64,000 nucleotides of DNA from an uncultured Eubacteriales bacterium (GTDB taxonomy: Bacteria; Bacillota; Clostridia; Oscillospirales; Oscillospiraceae), in assembly GCA_900552015.1 (NCBI GenBank), contig URXY01000003.1, forward strand, positions 4,808 through 68,807. The letters are read 5' to 3'. Shown here piece by piece: positions 11,302 through 19,446 of the stretch (positions within the stretch are counted from its first letter, which is position 1; each line of letters opens with the position of its first letter). Position numbers and translations under genes: made by a program. The notes under the pieces are model-generated. The model did not search any database and was not told the DNA's origin. It saw only the letters and a list, made by a program, of their open reading frames with translations.

Positions 11302-12154
11302 GTGCTCGGAGCGGGAGAACCTCCCGTTCTGGGAGATCGTCCTGCGCTATGATATGGACCTGCGGCAGGTGAGCCGTCAGGCCTCGATGGCGAAGATGCT
11401 CTCGACCTGGCAGGCGATCCAGGACGCAGCGGACTCCTACACCGGCACGCAGCGCAGCGTGAGCGGCCTTGTCGGCGGCGACGGGCTGAAGATGCGGCTG
11501 TATCTGCGCCGCGGCGACAGCATCGGCGGCGAGCTCATCGGCGAGGCCATCGCGCAGGCGATCTCGATGGCCGAATCCAACGCCTGTATGCGCCGCATCG
11601 TGGCGGCGCCGACGGCGGGCTCCTGCGGCGTCGTTCCGGCGGTGCTGCTGGCCCTGCGGGAAAAGGAGGATTACACACAGCATCAACTGCTGGAAGCACT
11701 TTATGTCGCCTCGGGCATCGGCGCGGTCATCGCGTACCGCGCGGGCATCTCCGGCGCGGCGGGCGGCTGTCAGGCGGAGATCGGCACGGCGTCGGCCATG
11801 GCGGCGGGCGCGCTCGTGACCCTGCGCGGCGGCACGAACGAGCAGATCGGCCACGCGGTGGCCATCGCGCTTAAGAACCTGATGGGTCTTGTCTGCGACC
11901 CCGTGGCAGGCCTTGTCGAGGTGCCGTGTGTCAAGCGCAATGTCATCGGCGCGGTGAACGCTATCTCGGCGGCGGACATGGCGCTCGCGGGTATCGAGAG
12001 CCGCATTCCCGTCGATGAGGTCATCGACGCGATGGGCGAGGTCGGACGGCGTATGCCGGTCGAGTTCCGTGAAACGGCCCTCGGCGGTCTTGCCGCGACG
12101 CCCACGGGTGAAGCCGTGAAGGCGAGAATGCCACACGGAGAGCCAAACAAGTAA
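11270..12154 (+). CDS. sdaAA: L-serine dehydratase, iron-sulfur dependent, alpha subunit
   Basis: Conserved SDH_alpha blocks (GSCGVVPAVLLA ... CQAEIGTASAMAAGALV ... GLVCDPVAGLVEVPCVKRN). RBS AAGGAGG. Overlaps sdaAB by 32 nt. Confidence 0.9.
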   Translation: MVLDSMKQIFECSERENLPFWEIVLRYDMDLRQVSRQASMAKMLSTWQAIQDAADSYTGTQRSVSGLVGGDGLKMRLYLRRGDSIGGELIGEAIAQAISMAESNACMRRIVAAPTAGSCGVVPAVLLALREKEDYTQHQLLEALYVASGIGAVIAYRAGISGAAGGCQAEIGTASAMAAGALVTLRGGTNEQIGHAVAIALKNLMGLVCDPVAGLVEVPCVKRNVIGAVNAISAADMALAGIESRIPVDEVIDAMGEVGRRMPVEFRETALGGLAATPTGEAVKARMPHGEPNK

Positions 12155-12196
12155 AAAAATGCCATTCAGAGCACTGCTTTGAATGGCATTTTTTCT
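12155..12196. terminator. bidirectional terminator between convergent sdaAA and selD
   Basis: Stem GCCATTCAGAGC / GCTTTGAATGGC (1 mismatch) flanked by an A-run and a T-run. Confidence 0.6.
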
Positions 12197-12207
12197 GTGT
12201 CTGCGGT

Positions 12208-13248
12208 TCAGTCGAATTCGAGTTCAGTCGCCTTGCAATCAAGCACCTCGCCGACGATGGCGCTCCACGGGGCGAAGGGGCGGAGCAGGCCAAGGAGCTT
12301 TTCCGCCTGCTCGCGCGGCAGCGCGACGAGCAGACCGCCCGAGGTCTGCGGGTCGGCTGCAAGGTCCAAAAGCGCCTGCTGCGCCGAGGGCAGGACTGCG
12401 AGATGGGGCTTCACATAGTCCATATTGCGATAAGCGCCCGAAGGGATGATGCCCATTTCGGCCATGTCGAGCGCCTCATCCATCAGGGGAAGGGCCTTGC
12501 CGTGCAGGCGGATGGTCACGCCGCTGCCATCGGCCATCTCAAAGCTGTGGCCGAGCAGGCCGAAGCCCGTGATATCCGTGCAGGCGTGCACATCGCTCAC
12601 CTGACGCACCGCGTCGCCCGCAGCCTTATTGAGTGTGGCCATGTGCGCATACGCCGCGTCGCGCGAGGCATCGGAGATGAGGTCTGCCTTGAGCGCGGTG
12701 GTGAGAACGCCGCTGCCGATGGGCTTGGTGAGCACGAGCACGTCACCCGGCTGCGCGCCGACATTTTTGAGGATGCGGTCGGGATGCACGAAGCCCGTGA
12801 CGCACAGGCCGTACTTCGGCTCGTTATCCTGAATGGTGTGGCCGCCGGCGATGACACAGTGCGCCTCGACGGCTTTGGAATGTCCGCCCTCTAAAATGGC
12901 GCGGACATCCTCCTTGGGCAGACAGTTCGGCACGCAGAGAAGGTTCATCGCGACCCGCGGCTCGCCGCCCATGGCGTATACGTCGCTCAGCGCATTCGCC
13001 GCGGCGATCTGGCCGAAGAGATAGGGGTCGTCCACAATGGGGGTGAAGAAGTCGACCGTTTCGATGACGGCGACATCGTCGGAAACGCGGTAGACGGCGG
13101 CGTCATCGCTGCTGTCGTATCCGACGAGAAGGCCACGGTCTTTGACATTCGGCAGACCTTGCAGAATTTCCGTCAGGGCACCCGGCCCTAATTTTGCCGC
13201 TCAACCGGCGGCGGTGGTCATCTGCGTGAGACGGAGCTTTTCCTTCAT
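12208..13248 (-). CDS. selD: selenide, water dikinase SelD (selenophosphate synthetase); a selenoprotein with in-frame UGA (Sec) at 13201..13203
   Basis: The track ORF 12208..13035 aligns with SelD residues about 70-346 (DDPYLFGQIAAANALSDVYAMGG ...). Extending the frame upstream gives MKEKLRLTQMTTAAG-TGA-AAKLGPGALTEILQGL. This matches the SelD N-terminus, with TGA at the position of the catalytic Cys/Sec (E. coli GAGCGCK). ATG 13248 is preceded by AGGAGG at 8 nt spacing. Confidence 0.9.
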
Positions 13249-13322
13249 GCGCAGCACCTCCTGTCCTGAAAACGTCATCACGGGCGTGACCGCCCGCGAA
13301 GCAAAAAGGCAAAGTACACTCT

Positions 13323-13351
13323 ATTGTAGAGAATCGCGGCAGATTTGTCAA
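13323..13351 (-). promoter_or_regulatory. selD promoter (minus strand TTGACA-17-TACAAT)
   Basis: Reverse complement of 13323..13351 reads TTGACAAATCTGCCGCGATTCTCTACAAT. Lies about 70 nt upstream of the selD start. Confidence 0.6.
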
Positions 13352-13399
13352 ATTGGAAAAGAAGATGAAAACGCTTTGAGATGGAACGATATTGCAGAT

Positions 13400-14089
13400 T
13401 CAATGCGGAGAGAGGATGCGCAGCATATCGAGAAAGCTGGACAAGAGGTTTGTAGGGCGGCCATCGGAGATAACGACAGAACCAGAGAGCCCCTCGCAGC
13501 GGACGAAGTAGCGCTCGGCAGAGGAGAGGTTCGTAAATTCACAGCGCGCGGACGCACCATCTACCTTGTAGCACATGATGGGGGACGCATTTTCGGGATC
13601 TGTGACGCTCCAGAGCACGATCTCACCGCTCTGAAGTGCATCAGAGCGGAACGTGACGGTGATCTTCGTGCTGTTGGTGAACAGACGGCGGCCATCGCAG
13701 GTGTCAGCGAAGGTGCTCACTTCGCCATCGGCGAGATTACAGATATTTTCTTCGACTGCGGGGACGAAGGGGTGCTGAGCCTGTATGAGGTGGAGCCATG
13801 AAGCTGCCGCAAGTGAGAGCAGCACGATCAAAAGGATGGCGGCGAGCGTCAGAACCGTGCTGCGGCGACGGCGGCGTTTTTTTACCGTCAGCGCATAGTC
13901 TGCAAGCTTCGGTGTGTCGAGCGGCGGGTGGGTAAGGGCAAAGCGCTCGCTTTGCATTCGCTGCAGCGCTTTCTGACAGCCCGGACAGGCGGCGAGGTGT
14001 TCATCCACCAGTGCACGGCTCTCAGATGAGCAGGTCCCGTCGGCATAGAGCGGCAGAAGATCGCCGATGATGCGGCAGTCGATGTTCAT
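13400..14089 (-). CDS. anti-sigma factor, zinc-finger (zf-HC2 type) with one TM and an extracytoplasmic domain
   Basis: N-terminal motif CPGCQKAL with upstream Cys/His (zf-HC2). Central TM (LTLAAILLIVLLSLAAASWL). Overlaps the ECF sigma gene by 4 nt. Confidence 0.75.
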   Translation of the reverse strand: MNIDCRIIGDLLPLYADGTCSSESRALVDEHLAACPGCQKALQRMQSERFALTHPPLDTPKLADYALTVKKRRRRRSTVLTLAAILLIVLLSLAAASWLHLIQAQHPFVPAVEENICNLADGEVSTFADTCDGRRLFTNSTKITVTFRSDALQSGEIVLWSVTDPENASPIMCYKVDGASARCEFTNLSSAERYFVRCEGLSGSVVISDGRPTNLLSSFLDMLRILSPH

Positions 14090-14571
14090 AGGATACCCTC
14101 CATTTCTTCGATGAGTTTATTTTTGGCGCGGTAGAATGTGACCTTGGCCCACGATTCGGTCCTTCCGAAGATCTCCGCGATATCGCGGAAGCTCAACTCA
14201 CCAAGCACGCGCAGCGTAAAGACCTCGCGGTACGGCTCTTTGAGCCTATGGAGGTATTTGTGGATGTGCAGGGCCTGTTCCCGGTCGGCAAGCAGCGCGA
14301 AAAGGTCGTCTGGGACACTTTGCTCGGGCGATCCGTCCAGGGAAACTGTTCGCTTTTGGCGGTGGAGCTCCTTGTACAGTGCGTTTTTTGCGATTTGGCA
14401 GAGCCAGGTCTCGATACGGCAGTCGCCGCGAAACGCGCCGATGTGCTGGTAAGCCTGATAGAAGGTCTCGGCTGTCAGTTCGTCGGCGAGGTGTTCATCG
14501 CGGCAGAGGGAGAGCAGAAAGTGGTAGACGATAGGGGAAGTACGCTGAAAAATGAGATCAAAGTCATCCAT
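14086..14571 (-). CDS. RNA polymerase sigma-70 factor, ECF subfamily
   Basis: Sigma70 region 2 (ELTAETFYQAYQHIGAFRG...ETWLCQIAKNALY) and region 4 HTH (LSFRDIAEIFGRTESWAKVTFYRAKNKL). Confidence 0.85.
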   Translation of the reverse strand: MDDFDLIFQRTSPIVYHFLLSLCRDEHLADELTAETFYQAYQHIGAFRGDCRIETWLCQIAKNALYKELHRQKRTVSLDGSPEQSVPDDLFALLADREQALHIHKYLHRLKEPYREVFTLRVLGELSFRDIAEIFGRTESWAKVTFYRAKNKLIEEMEGIL

Positions 14572-14850
14572 GCAAAGCCCTCCTTCTTGCTGGTCTTGTC
14601 AATAAGAGCGCGTAAGGCGCAAAAAGATACAATTTTTTATTTATCTTATCAGCCGGCCGCCTGCGGCGCAAGTGGACCGCCCGTGGAGAAGAAAAGATGT
14701 AAAAATGCGATGGTTTATCCTTATTTATCATGGAAAACAATGGAAGGGAAAGCGTAAACGCGAAAAAAGGCGTGCCAAAGGGAAAATTATCTGCTATAGT
14801 TGAAAACGAATATCGGCGGAGCATCCGCTTTGGAAAAAGGAGATATCACT

Positions 14851-15456
14851 ATGACGATCGAAGTAAATGCGATGGGCGAAGCCTGCCCCATCCCTGTTGT
14901 GAAGACGCAGAAGGCCATGAAGGAGCTTGGCGGCGCGGGTGTGATCGAGACGCTGGTCGACAACGAGACGGCGGTGCAGAACCTCGGCAAGCTGGCCGCG
15001 AGCAAGGGCTGTGCGTCCAAGACCGAAAAGCTCGGCGAGAATCAGTACCGCGTGACCATCACCGTTGGCGAGAACACCAACGTGGAGGAAGAGAGCAGCG
15101 AATGCTATACCTGCGGCAAGCCGAAGGTCGTGGCAGTGCTGTCCTCCGACAAGATGGGCAGCGGCAACGACGAGCTCGGCGGCGCGCTGATGAAGGCCTT
15201 CGTCTACGCCCTGAGCCAGCAGGAGACCCTGCCCGACACCGTCCTCTGCTACAACGGTGGCGTGAAGCTGACGTGCGAGGGCTCGGAGTCTCTTGAGGAC
15301 CTTAAGGGCATGGCGGAGCGCGGCGTGGAGATCCTTAGCTGCGGCACGTGCCTGAACTTCTACGATCTGAAGGAAAAGCTGGCGGTCGGCGAAGTGACGA
15401 ATATGTATGTCATCGTCGAGAAGATGAGCGGTGCGGACCGTGTGGTGCGCCCGTAA
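14851..15456 (+). CDS. yedF: selenium metabolism protein YedF (TusA-like CPxP domain fused to DsrE-like domain)
   Basis: N-terminal TusA-like CPxP motif (GEACPIPVV). C-terminal DsrE/DsrF-like domain with conserved Cys (LSCGTCLNFY). Start ATG 14851 with RBS AAAGGAG. Confidence 0.8.
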   Translation: MTIEVNAMGEACPIPVVKTQKAMKELGGAGVIETLVDNETAVQNLGKLAASKGCASKTEKLGENQYRVTITVGENTNVEEESSECYTCGKPKVVAVLSSDKMGSGNDELGGALMKAFVYALSQQETLPDTVLCYNGGVKLTCEGSESLEDLKGMAERGVEILSCGTCLNFYDLKEKLAVGEVTNMYVIVEKMSGADRVVRP

Positions 15457-15460
15457 GGAC

Positions 15461-16594
15461 ATGATCTATCTGGACAACGCGGCGACCACGCTGCGAAAGC
15501 CCCCGCAGGTCATCGACGCGGTGGTGCAGGCCATGGGGAGCTTCGGCAACAGCGCGCGCGGCACGCACGAGGAGGCGCTTGCCGCTTCGCGCGTCATTTA
15601 CGACACGCGCTGCAAGCTCGCCGCGCTCTTCGGCTGCAAGAGGCCTGACCACGTGGCCTTTGCCTGCAACTCGACCGAGGCGCTGAACATCGCCATCAGC
15701 GGCTGTATCCGTGCGGGCGACCATGTCATCTCGACGGACCTTGAGCACAATTCTGTGCTGCGTCCGCTCTATCGGCTGAGGGCGGAGAGAAATGTCAGCC
15801 TGAGCTTCGTCCCAGCGGATAGACAGGGGAACATCGACTATGCAGACTTTGAACGGCTCTTACAGCCGGAGACCCGCGCCGTCGTCTGCACGCACGCCTC
15901 GAACCTGACGGGCAATGTGCTGGACCTTGCGCGCATCGGTGCATTTACGCACGAGCATGGGCTTTTGTTTATCGTGGATGCCTCGCAGAGCGCGGGCGTT
16001 CTGCCGATCGACATGGAGAAAATGCACATCGACGTGCTGTGCTTCACAGGGCACAAGTCGCTCATGGGCCCGCAGGGCACGGGAGGACTGTGCGTGCGCG
16101 AGGGCGTGGACATCGCGCCTTGGAAGGTCGGCGGCACAGGTGTGCAGACATATTCCGAATCTCAGCCCGAGCAGATGCCGACGCGTCTCGAAGCCGGTAC
16201 GCTCAACGGCCACGGCATCGCGGGCCTCAACGCGGCGCTCGATTTTTTGAACGAGACCGGTATCGATACCATCCACGCGCACGAGACGGCGCTGCTGCGC
16301 CGCTTTGTTGCAGGCGTGAAGGATATTCCGGGCGTGACGCTCTACGGCGATCTTGACCACGAGCGCACAGCGGTCGCCACGCTGAACATCGAGGGCATGG
16401 ACTCGGGCGAGGTCGCGGACATTCTGGCCGAGGACTACGGCATTGCGACACGTCCGGGCGCGCACTGCGCGCCGCGGCTGCACCGTGCGCTCGGGACTGA
16501 GGAACAGGGTGCGGTGCGCTTCAGCTTTGGCTGGTACAATACAGAAGAGGAAGCGGACGAGGCGGCGCGCGCCATCCGCGAGATAGCGACATGA
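15461..16594 (+). CDS. class V aminotransferase-fold PLP enzyme, cysteine desulfurase / selenocysteine lyase family
   Basis: PLP-lysine block (CFTGHKSLMGPQGTG) and C-terminal active-site Cys (RPGAHCAP). The ATG at 15461 is translationally coupled to yedF (alternative GTG start at 15431). Confidence 0.8.
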   Translation: MIYLDNAATTLRKPPQVIDAVVQAMGSFGNSARGTHEEALAASRVIYDTRCKLAALFGCKRPDHVAFACNSTEALNIAISGCIRAGDHVISTDLEHNSVLRPLYRLRAERNVSLSFVPADRQGNIDYADFERLLQPETRAVVCTHASNLTGNVLDLARIGAFTHEHGLLFIVDASQSAGVLPIDMEKMHIDVLCFTGHKSLMGPQGTGGLCVREGVDIAPWKVGGTGVQTYSESQPEQMPTRLEAGTLNGHGIAGLNAALDFLNETGIDTIHAHETALLRRFVAGVKDIPGVTLYGDLDHERTAVATLNIEGMDSGEVADILAEDYGIATRPGAHCAPRLHRALGTEEQGAVRFSFGWYNTEEEADEAARAIREIAT

Positions 16595-16827
16595 GAGAAA
16601 AAAAACTCTATTTGATCATCACCTTCCACACGACGGCTGCGGCGATCGCGATGGAGCGGCTCTGCCGGGACAAGGGACTGCCCGGGCGGCTCATCCCCGT
16701 ACCGCGTGAGCTGACGGCGGACTGCGGCATGGCGTGGCGCGCGGGCGTGGAGGACAAGCCCGCGCTCGAGGCCATGGTCGAGCAGGAGAAGCTGGAGGCT
16801 GCCGGTTTCTACGAAGTGATGATCTGA
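16591..16827 (+). CDS. DUF3343 family small protein (selenium/sulfur-carrier-associated)
   Basis: 78 aa, overlaps the aminotransferase stop (ATGA). Family is recurrently found next to yedE/yedF. Sequence MREKKLYLIITFHTTAAAIAMERL. Confidence 0.65.
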   Translation: MREKKLYLIITFHTTAAAIAMERLCRDKGLPGRLIPVPRELTADCGMAWRAGVEDKPALEAMVEQEKLEAAGFYEVMI

Positions 16828-16999
16828 CCAAAGTTCAAAAACTAAAAACCGCACACATTATCGGGTTTTTCGATAATGCGTGCGGTTTCATTATGAGATA
16901 CCATTTGCTCTTTCCGTTAAGAACCCATATACTGTTATCGGCAAATTTCAACAAATGCCAGGTGTGTATCGAAAAATAGAATAGGAGAGTTGAGAAAAA

Positions 17000-18097
17000 A
17001 TGAAAAAAGTACATCTGGGCGTCATCATTGCCGGTGCCGCCGTGGGTCTTGCCGCGCTCATTCTGACGGCGCTCGGCAACCCCTCGAACATGGGCTTCTG
17101 CATCGCCTGCTTCCTGCGCGACATTTCGGGCGCCTGCGGCCTGCACAGCGCCGCGAAGGTGCAGTATGTCCGTCCTGAGATCATCGGTCTCGTGCTCGGC
17201 GCGTTCATCATGAGCGTTGCGAGCAAGGAATTCAAGGCCCGCACGGGCTCGTCCCCCGCGGTCCGCTTCGTGCTCGGCGCGTTCGTCGTCATCGGCGCGC
17301 TGGCGTTCCTTGGCTGCCCGCTGCGTATGGTGCTCCGTCTCGGCGGCGGCGACCTCAACGCGCTCGTCGGTCTCGTCGGCTTCATCATCGGTATCCTCAT
17401 CGGTATCGCGTGCCTGAAGAAGGGCTTCTCCCTCAAGCGTTCCTATGAGGCGCATGTGGCCGAGGGCGGCGTTCTGCCGACCGTGATGGCCGTGTTGCTC
17501 ATCCTTGTCGTCACCGTGCCTGCGCTGTTCAAGGCCTCCGAAGAGGGCCCCGGCTCCATGCACGCGCCGTTCTGGATCGCACTCGTCATCGCGCTCGTTG
17601 TCGGCGCGCTCGCACAGAAGAGCCGCCTTTGCATGGTCGGCGGCCTGCGTGACGCTTTCATGCTCAAGGATCTCCACCTGCTCTACGGCTTTGTTGCCAT
17701 CTTCGTCGTCACGCTGATCGGCAACCTCATCATGGGCAAGTTCCACCTCGGCTTTGCGCTCCAGCCGGTCGCGCACAGCGCGCACCTCTGGAACCTGCTG
17801 GGCATGGTGCTCGTCGGCTGGGGCAGCGTGCTGCTCGGCGGCTGCCCGCTGCGCCAGCTCATCCTGGCCGCACAGGGCAACGGCGACAGTGCCGTCACCG
17901 TGTTCGGTATGCTCGTTGGCGCGGCGCTCGCGCACAACTTCGGCCTTGCCGGCAACCCCGACTCCAAGAGCGAGGCGGGCGAGCTGATCGTCGGTGGCAT
18001 TTCCAATGCCGGTAAGATCGCGGTCGTCCTTGGCCTCGTTGTGATGCTGGTCGTTGCCGTGCTGAATATGCCTAAGAAGGAGGAAGCAAACGCATGA
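17000..18097 (+). CDS. yedE: YedE/YeeE family putative selenium/sulfur-compound transport membrane protein
   Basis: Polytopic protein with the two conserved Cys loops of the YeeE/YedE family (GFCIACFLRD and GGCPLRQL). Confidence 0.8.
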   Translation: MKKVHLGVIIAGAAVGLAALILTALGNPSNMGFCIACFLRDISGACGLHSAAKVQYVRPEIIGLVLGAFIMSVASKEFKARTGSSPAVRFVLGAFVVIGALAFLGCPLRMVLRLGGGDLNALVGLVGFIIGILIGIACLKKGFSLKRSYEAHVAEGGVLPTVMAVLLILVVTVPALFKASEEGPGSMHAPFWIALVIALVVGALAQKSRLCMVGGLRDAFMLKDLHLLYGFVAIFVVTLIGNLIMGKFHLGFALQPVAHSAHLWNLLGMVLVGWGSVLLGGCPLRQLILAAQGNGDSAVTVFGMLVGAALAHNFGLAGNPDSKSEAGELIVGGISNAGKIAVVLGLVVMLVVAVLNMPKKEEANA

Positions 18098-18297
18098 TTG
18101 ACGCAAGAGGTTATTCCTGCCCCATGCCCGTTGTGATGGTGCAGAACGAAGTGAAGAAGAACGCGCCCGCGTCTCTTGAAGTGCTGGTCGACAGCATGAC
18201 CTGTGTGGAGAATGTCTCCCGCTTTGCAGAAAAGCAGGGCTATAAGGTGAGCTATGCCGCCGAAGGCGAGGATTTCCGCCTGAAGCTCAACAAGTAA
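18094..18297 (+). CDS. TusA-like sulfurtransferase (YeeD/TusA family)
   Basis: 67 aa with CPxP motif (YSCPMPVV). Overlaps the yedE stop by 4 nt. Confidence 0.8.
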   Translation: MIDARGYSCPMPVVMVQNEVKKNAPASLEVLVDSMTCVENVSRFAEKQGYKVSYAAEGEDFRLKLNK

Positions 18298-18312
18298 GCA
18301 AACACAAGGGGA

Positions 18313-18344
18313 AAATGCCGGAGGGGTTACCCTCCGGCATTTTT
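18313..18344 (+). terminator. rho-independent terminator ending the yedE-tusA unit
   Basis: Stem GCCGGAGGG / CCCTCCGGC followed by ATTTTTG. Confidence 0.75.
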
Positions 18345-18401
18345 GCTTGTCGGTTTCCTTGAAATATGATAAAATACCGGGAAAAGAAGGAGGACGAGCG
18401 G

Positions 18402-18572
18402 ATGAAAGCAATCAAACGGATGCTGACAGGCCTGATGCTGATGCTGACGGCGATTTTAGCTGCTGTGGGGGATGGGAGCCGGGGCTCATGGATGGGCGGA
18501 GCGGGGTTTGTCCTGCTGCTGATGGCACTGGCCATGTTTGTGCTCGGCCTTTTCACGAAAGAGGAAAAATAA
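18402..18572 (+). CDS. small hypothetical membrane protein (2 TM)
   Basis: ATG 18402 preceded by AGGAGG. Two hydrophobic helices. No homology recognised. Confidence 0.4.
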   Translation: MKAIKRMLTGLMLMLTAILAAVGDGSRGSWMGGAGFVLLLMALAMFVLGLFTKEEK

Positions 18573-18618
18573 AAGCTTGTGCACAGCAGATGGCGGCCAT
18601 GGAGCGCCGGCCGCTGCT

Positions 18619-19134
18619 TTATTCCTTCAGCAGCTTCATCCGCTCGCGCCAGTCGGGCATGTAGCGCTCGATGAGCGCGTAGAAGGCGGGGGAGTGGTCA
18701 TGATGGCGGATGTGCGCAAGCTCGTGGACGACGACATAGTCAATGGCCTCGGGTGGGTACTGCATCAGCCGCCAGGAAAAGCAGATGCTGTTTTTGCCGC
18801 TGCATGAGCCAAAGCGCGTGCGCGCGGAGGTGATCTTGAGGCCCGTCGGCGTGAGGCCCATGATGCCGCTCCAGTAATCGACGCGCATCGGGAGGTATTC
18901 CTTTGCCAGCGCGATGAGCGCCCTGCGCTCCTCATCCGTCGGCTCGGGGTGGGCAAGGCGGCGCGCCTGCTGCTTTGCTCTCGCGCGCTCAAGCCAGCTT
19001 TCGTGTGCTGCAACAAAGCGGTCGATGTACTCTTTTTTGACACCGTAGGGCGCGCGGACGACGGCTTTTCCCTCGCGGTCCAATTGCAGGGACATCGTGC
19101 GCCGCCTGGCACGGATGAGCGTATAGTCCGTCAT
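18619..19134 (-). CDS. M48-like metallopeptidase, YgjP/DUF45 family
   Basis: HExxH zinc motif in characteristic context (VVVHELAHIRHHDHSP). Confidence 0.75.
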   Translation of the reverse strand: MTDYTLIRARRRTMSLQLDREGKAVVRAPYGVKKEYIDRFVAAHESWLERARAKQQARRLAHPEPTDEERRALIALAKEYLPMRVDYWSGIMGLTPTGLKITSARTRFGSCSGKNSICFSWRLMQYPPEAIDYVVVHELAHIRHHDHSPAFYALIERYMPDWRERMKLLKE

Positions 19135-19346
19135 TCGTCGATATAGGTGAAGCGGCGGAAGGTCTTGCCGTCGCGCTCGACGGTTTCATTCCACATCCGC
19201 GCGGGGCGCACCCAGAGCCCAAAGTCGCCGTACAGCGCACGGTAGACGACCATCTCCTCCTGCGTTTCGGAGTGGCGGGCGATGCCGATGACCTCGTATT
19301 CGTTGCCCTTGAAGTGGCGGTAGCGCCCGGGCTTGATCTCATCCAT
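19131..19346 (-). CDS. DUF1653 domain protein
   Basis: 71-aa core MDEIKPGRYRHFKGNEYEVIGIARHSETQEEMVVYRALYGD typical of DUF1653. Start ATG 19346 with RBS GGAGGG (the track ORF is extended upstream by an alternate start). Confidence 0.6.
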   Translation of the reverse strand: MDEIKPGRYRHFKGNEYEVIGIARHSETQEEMVVYRALYGDFGLWVRPARMWNETVERDGKTFRRFTYIDE

Positions 19347-19393
19347 GAAAGAACCCTCCTGTTGATCGTTTGAAAAAGTATAACATGAGGGCG

Positions 19394-19429
19394 CAAAAAA
19401 AGGAAGCGGCGCGTGCCGCTTCCTTTTTG
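19394..19429. terminator. bidirectional terminator (A-run, AGGAAGCGGC / GCCGCTTCCT stem, T-run)
   Basis: Perfect 10-bp stem with GCGT loop, flanked by A7 and T5. Confidence 0.7.
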
Positions 19430-19446
19430 CTGTTTGGGGTTGATCC

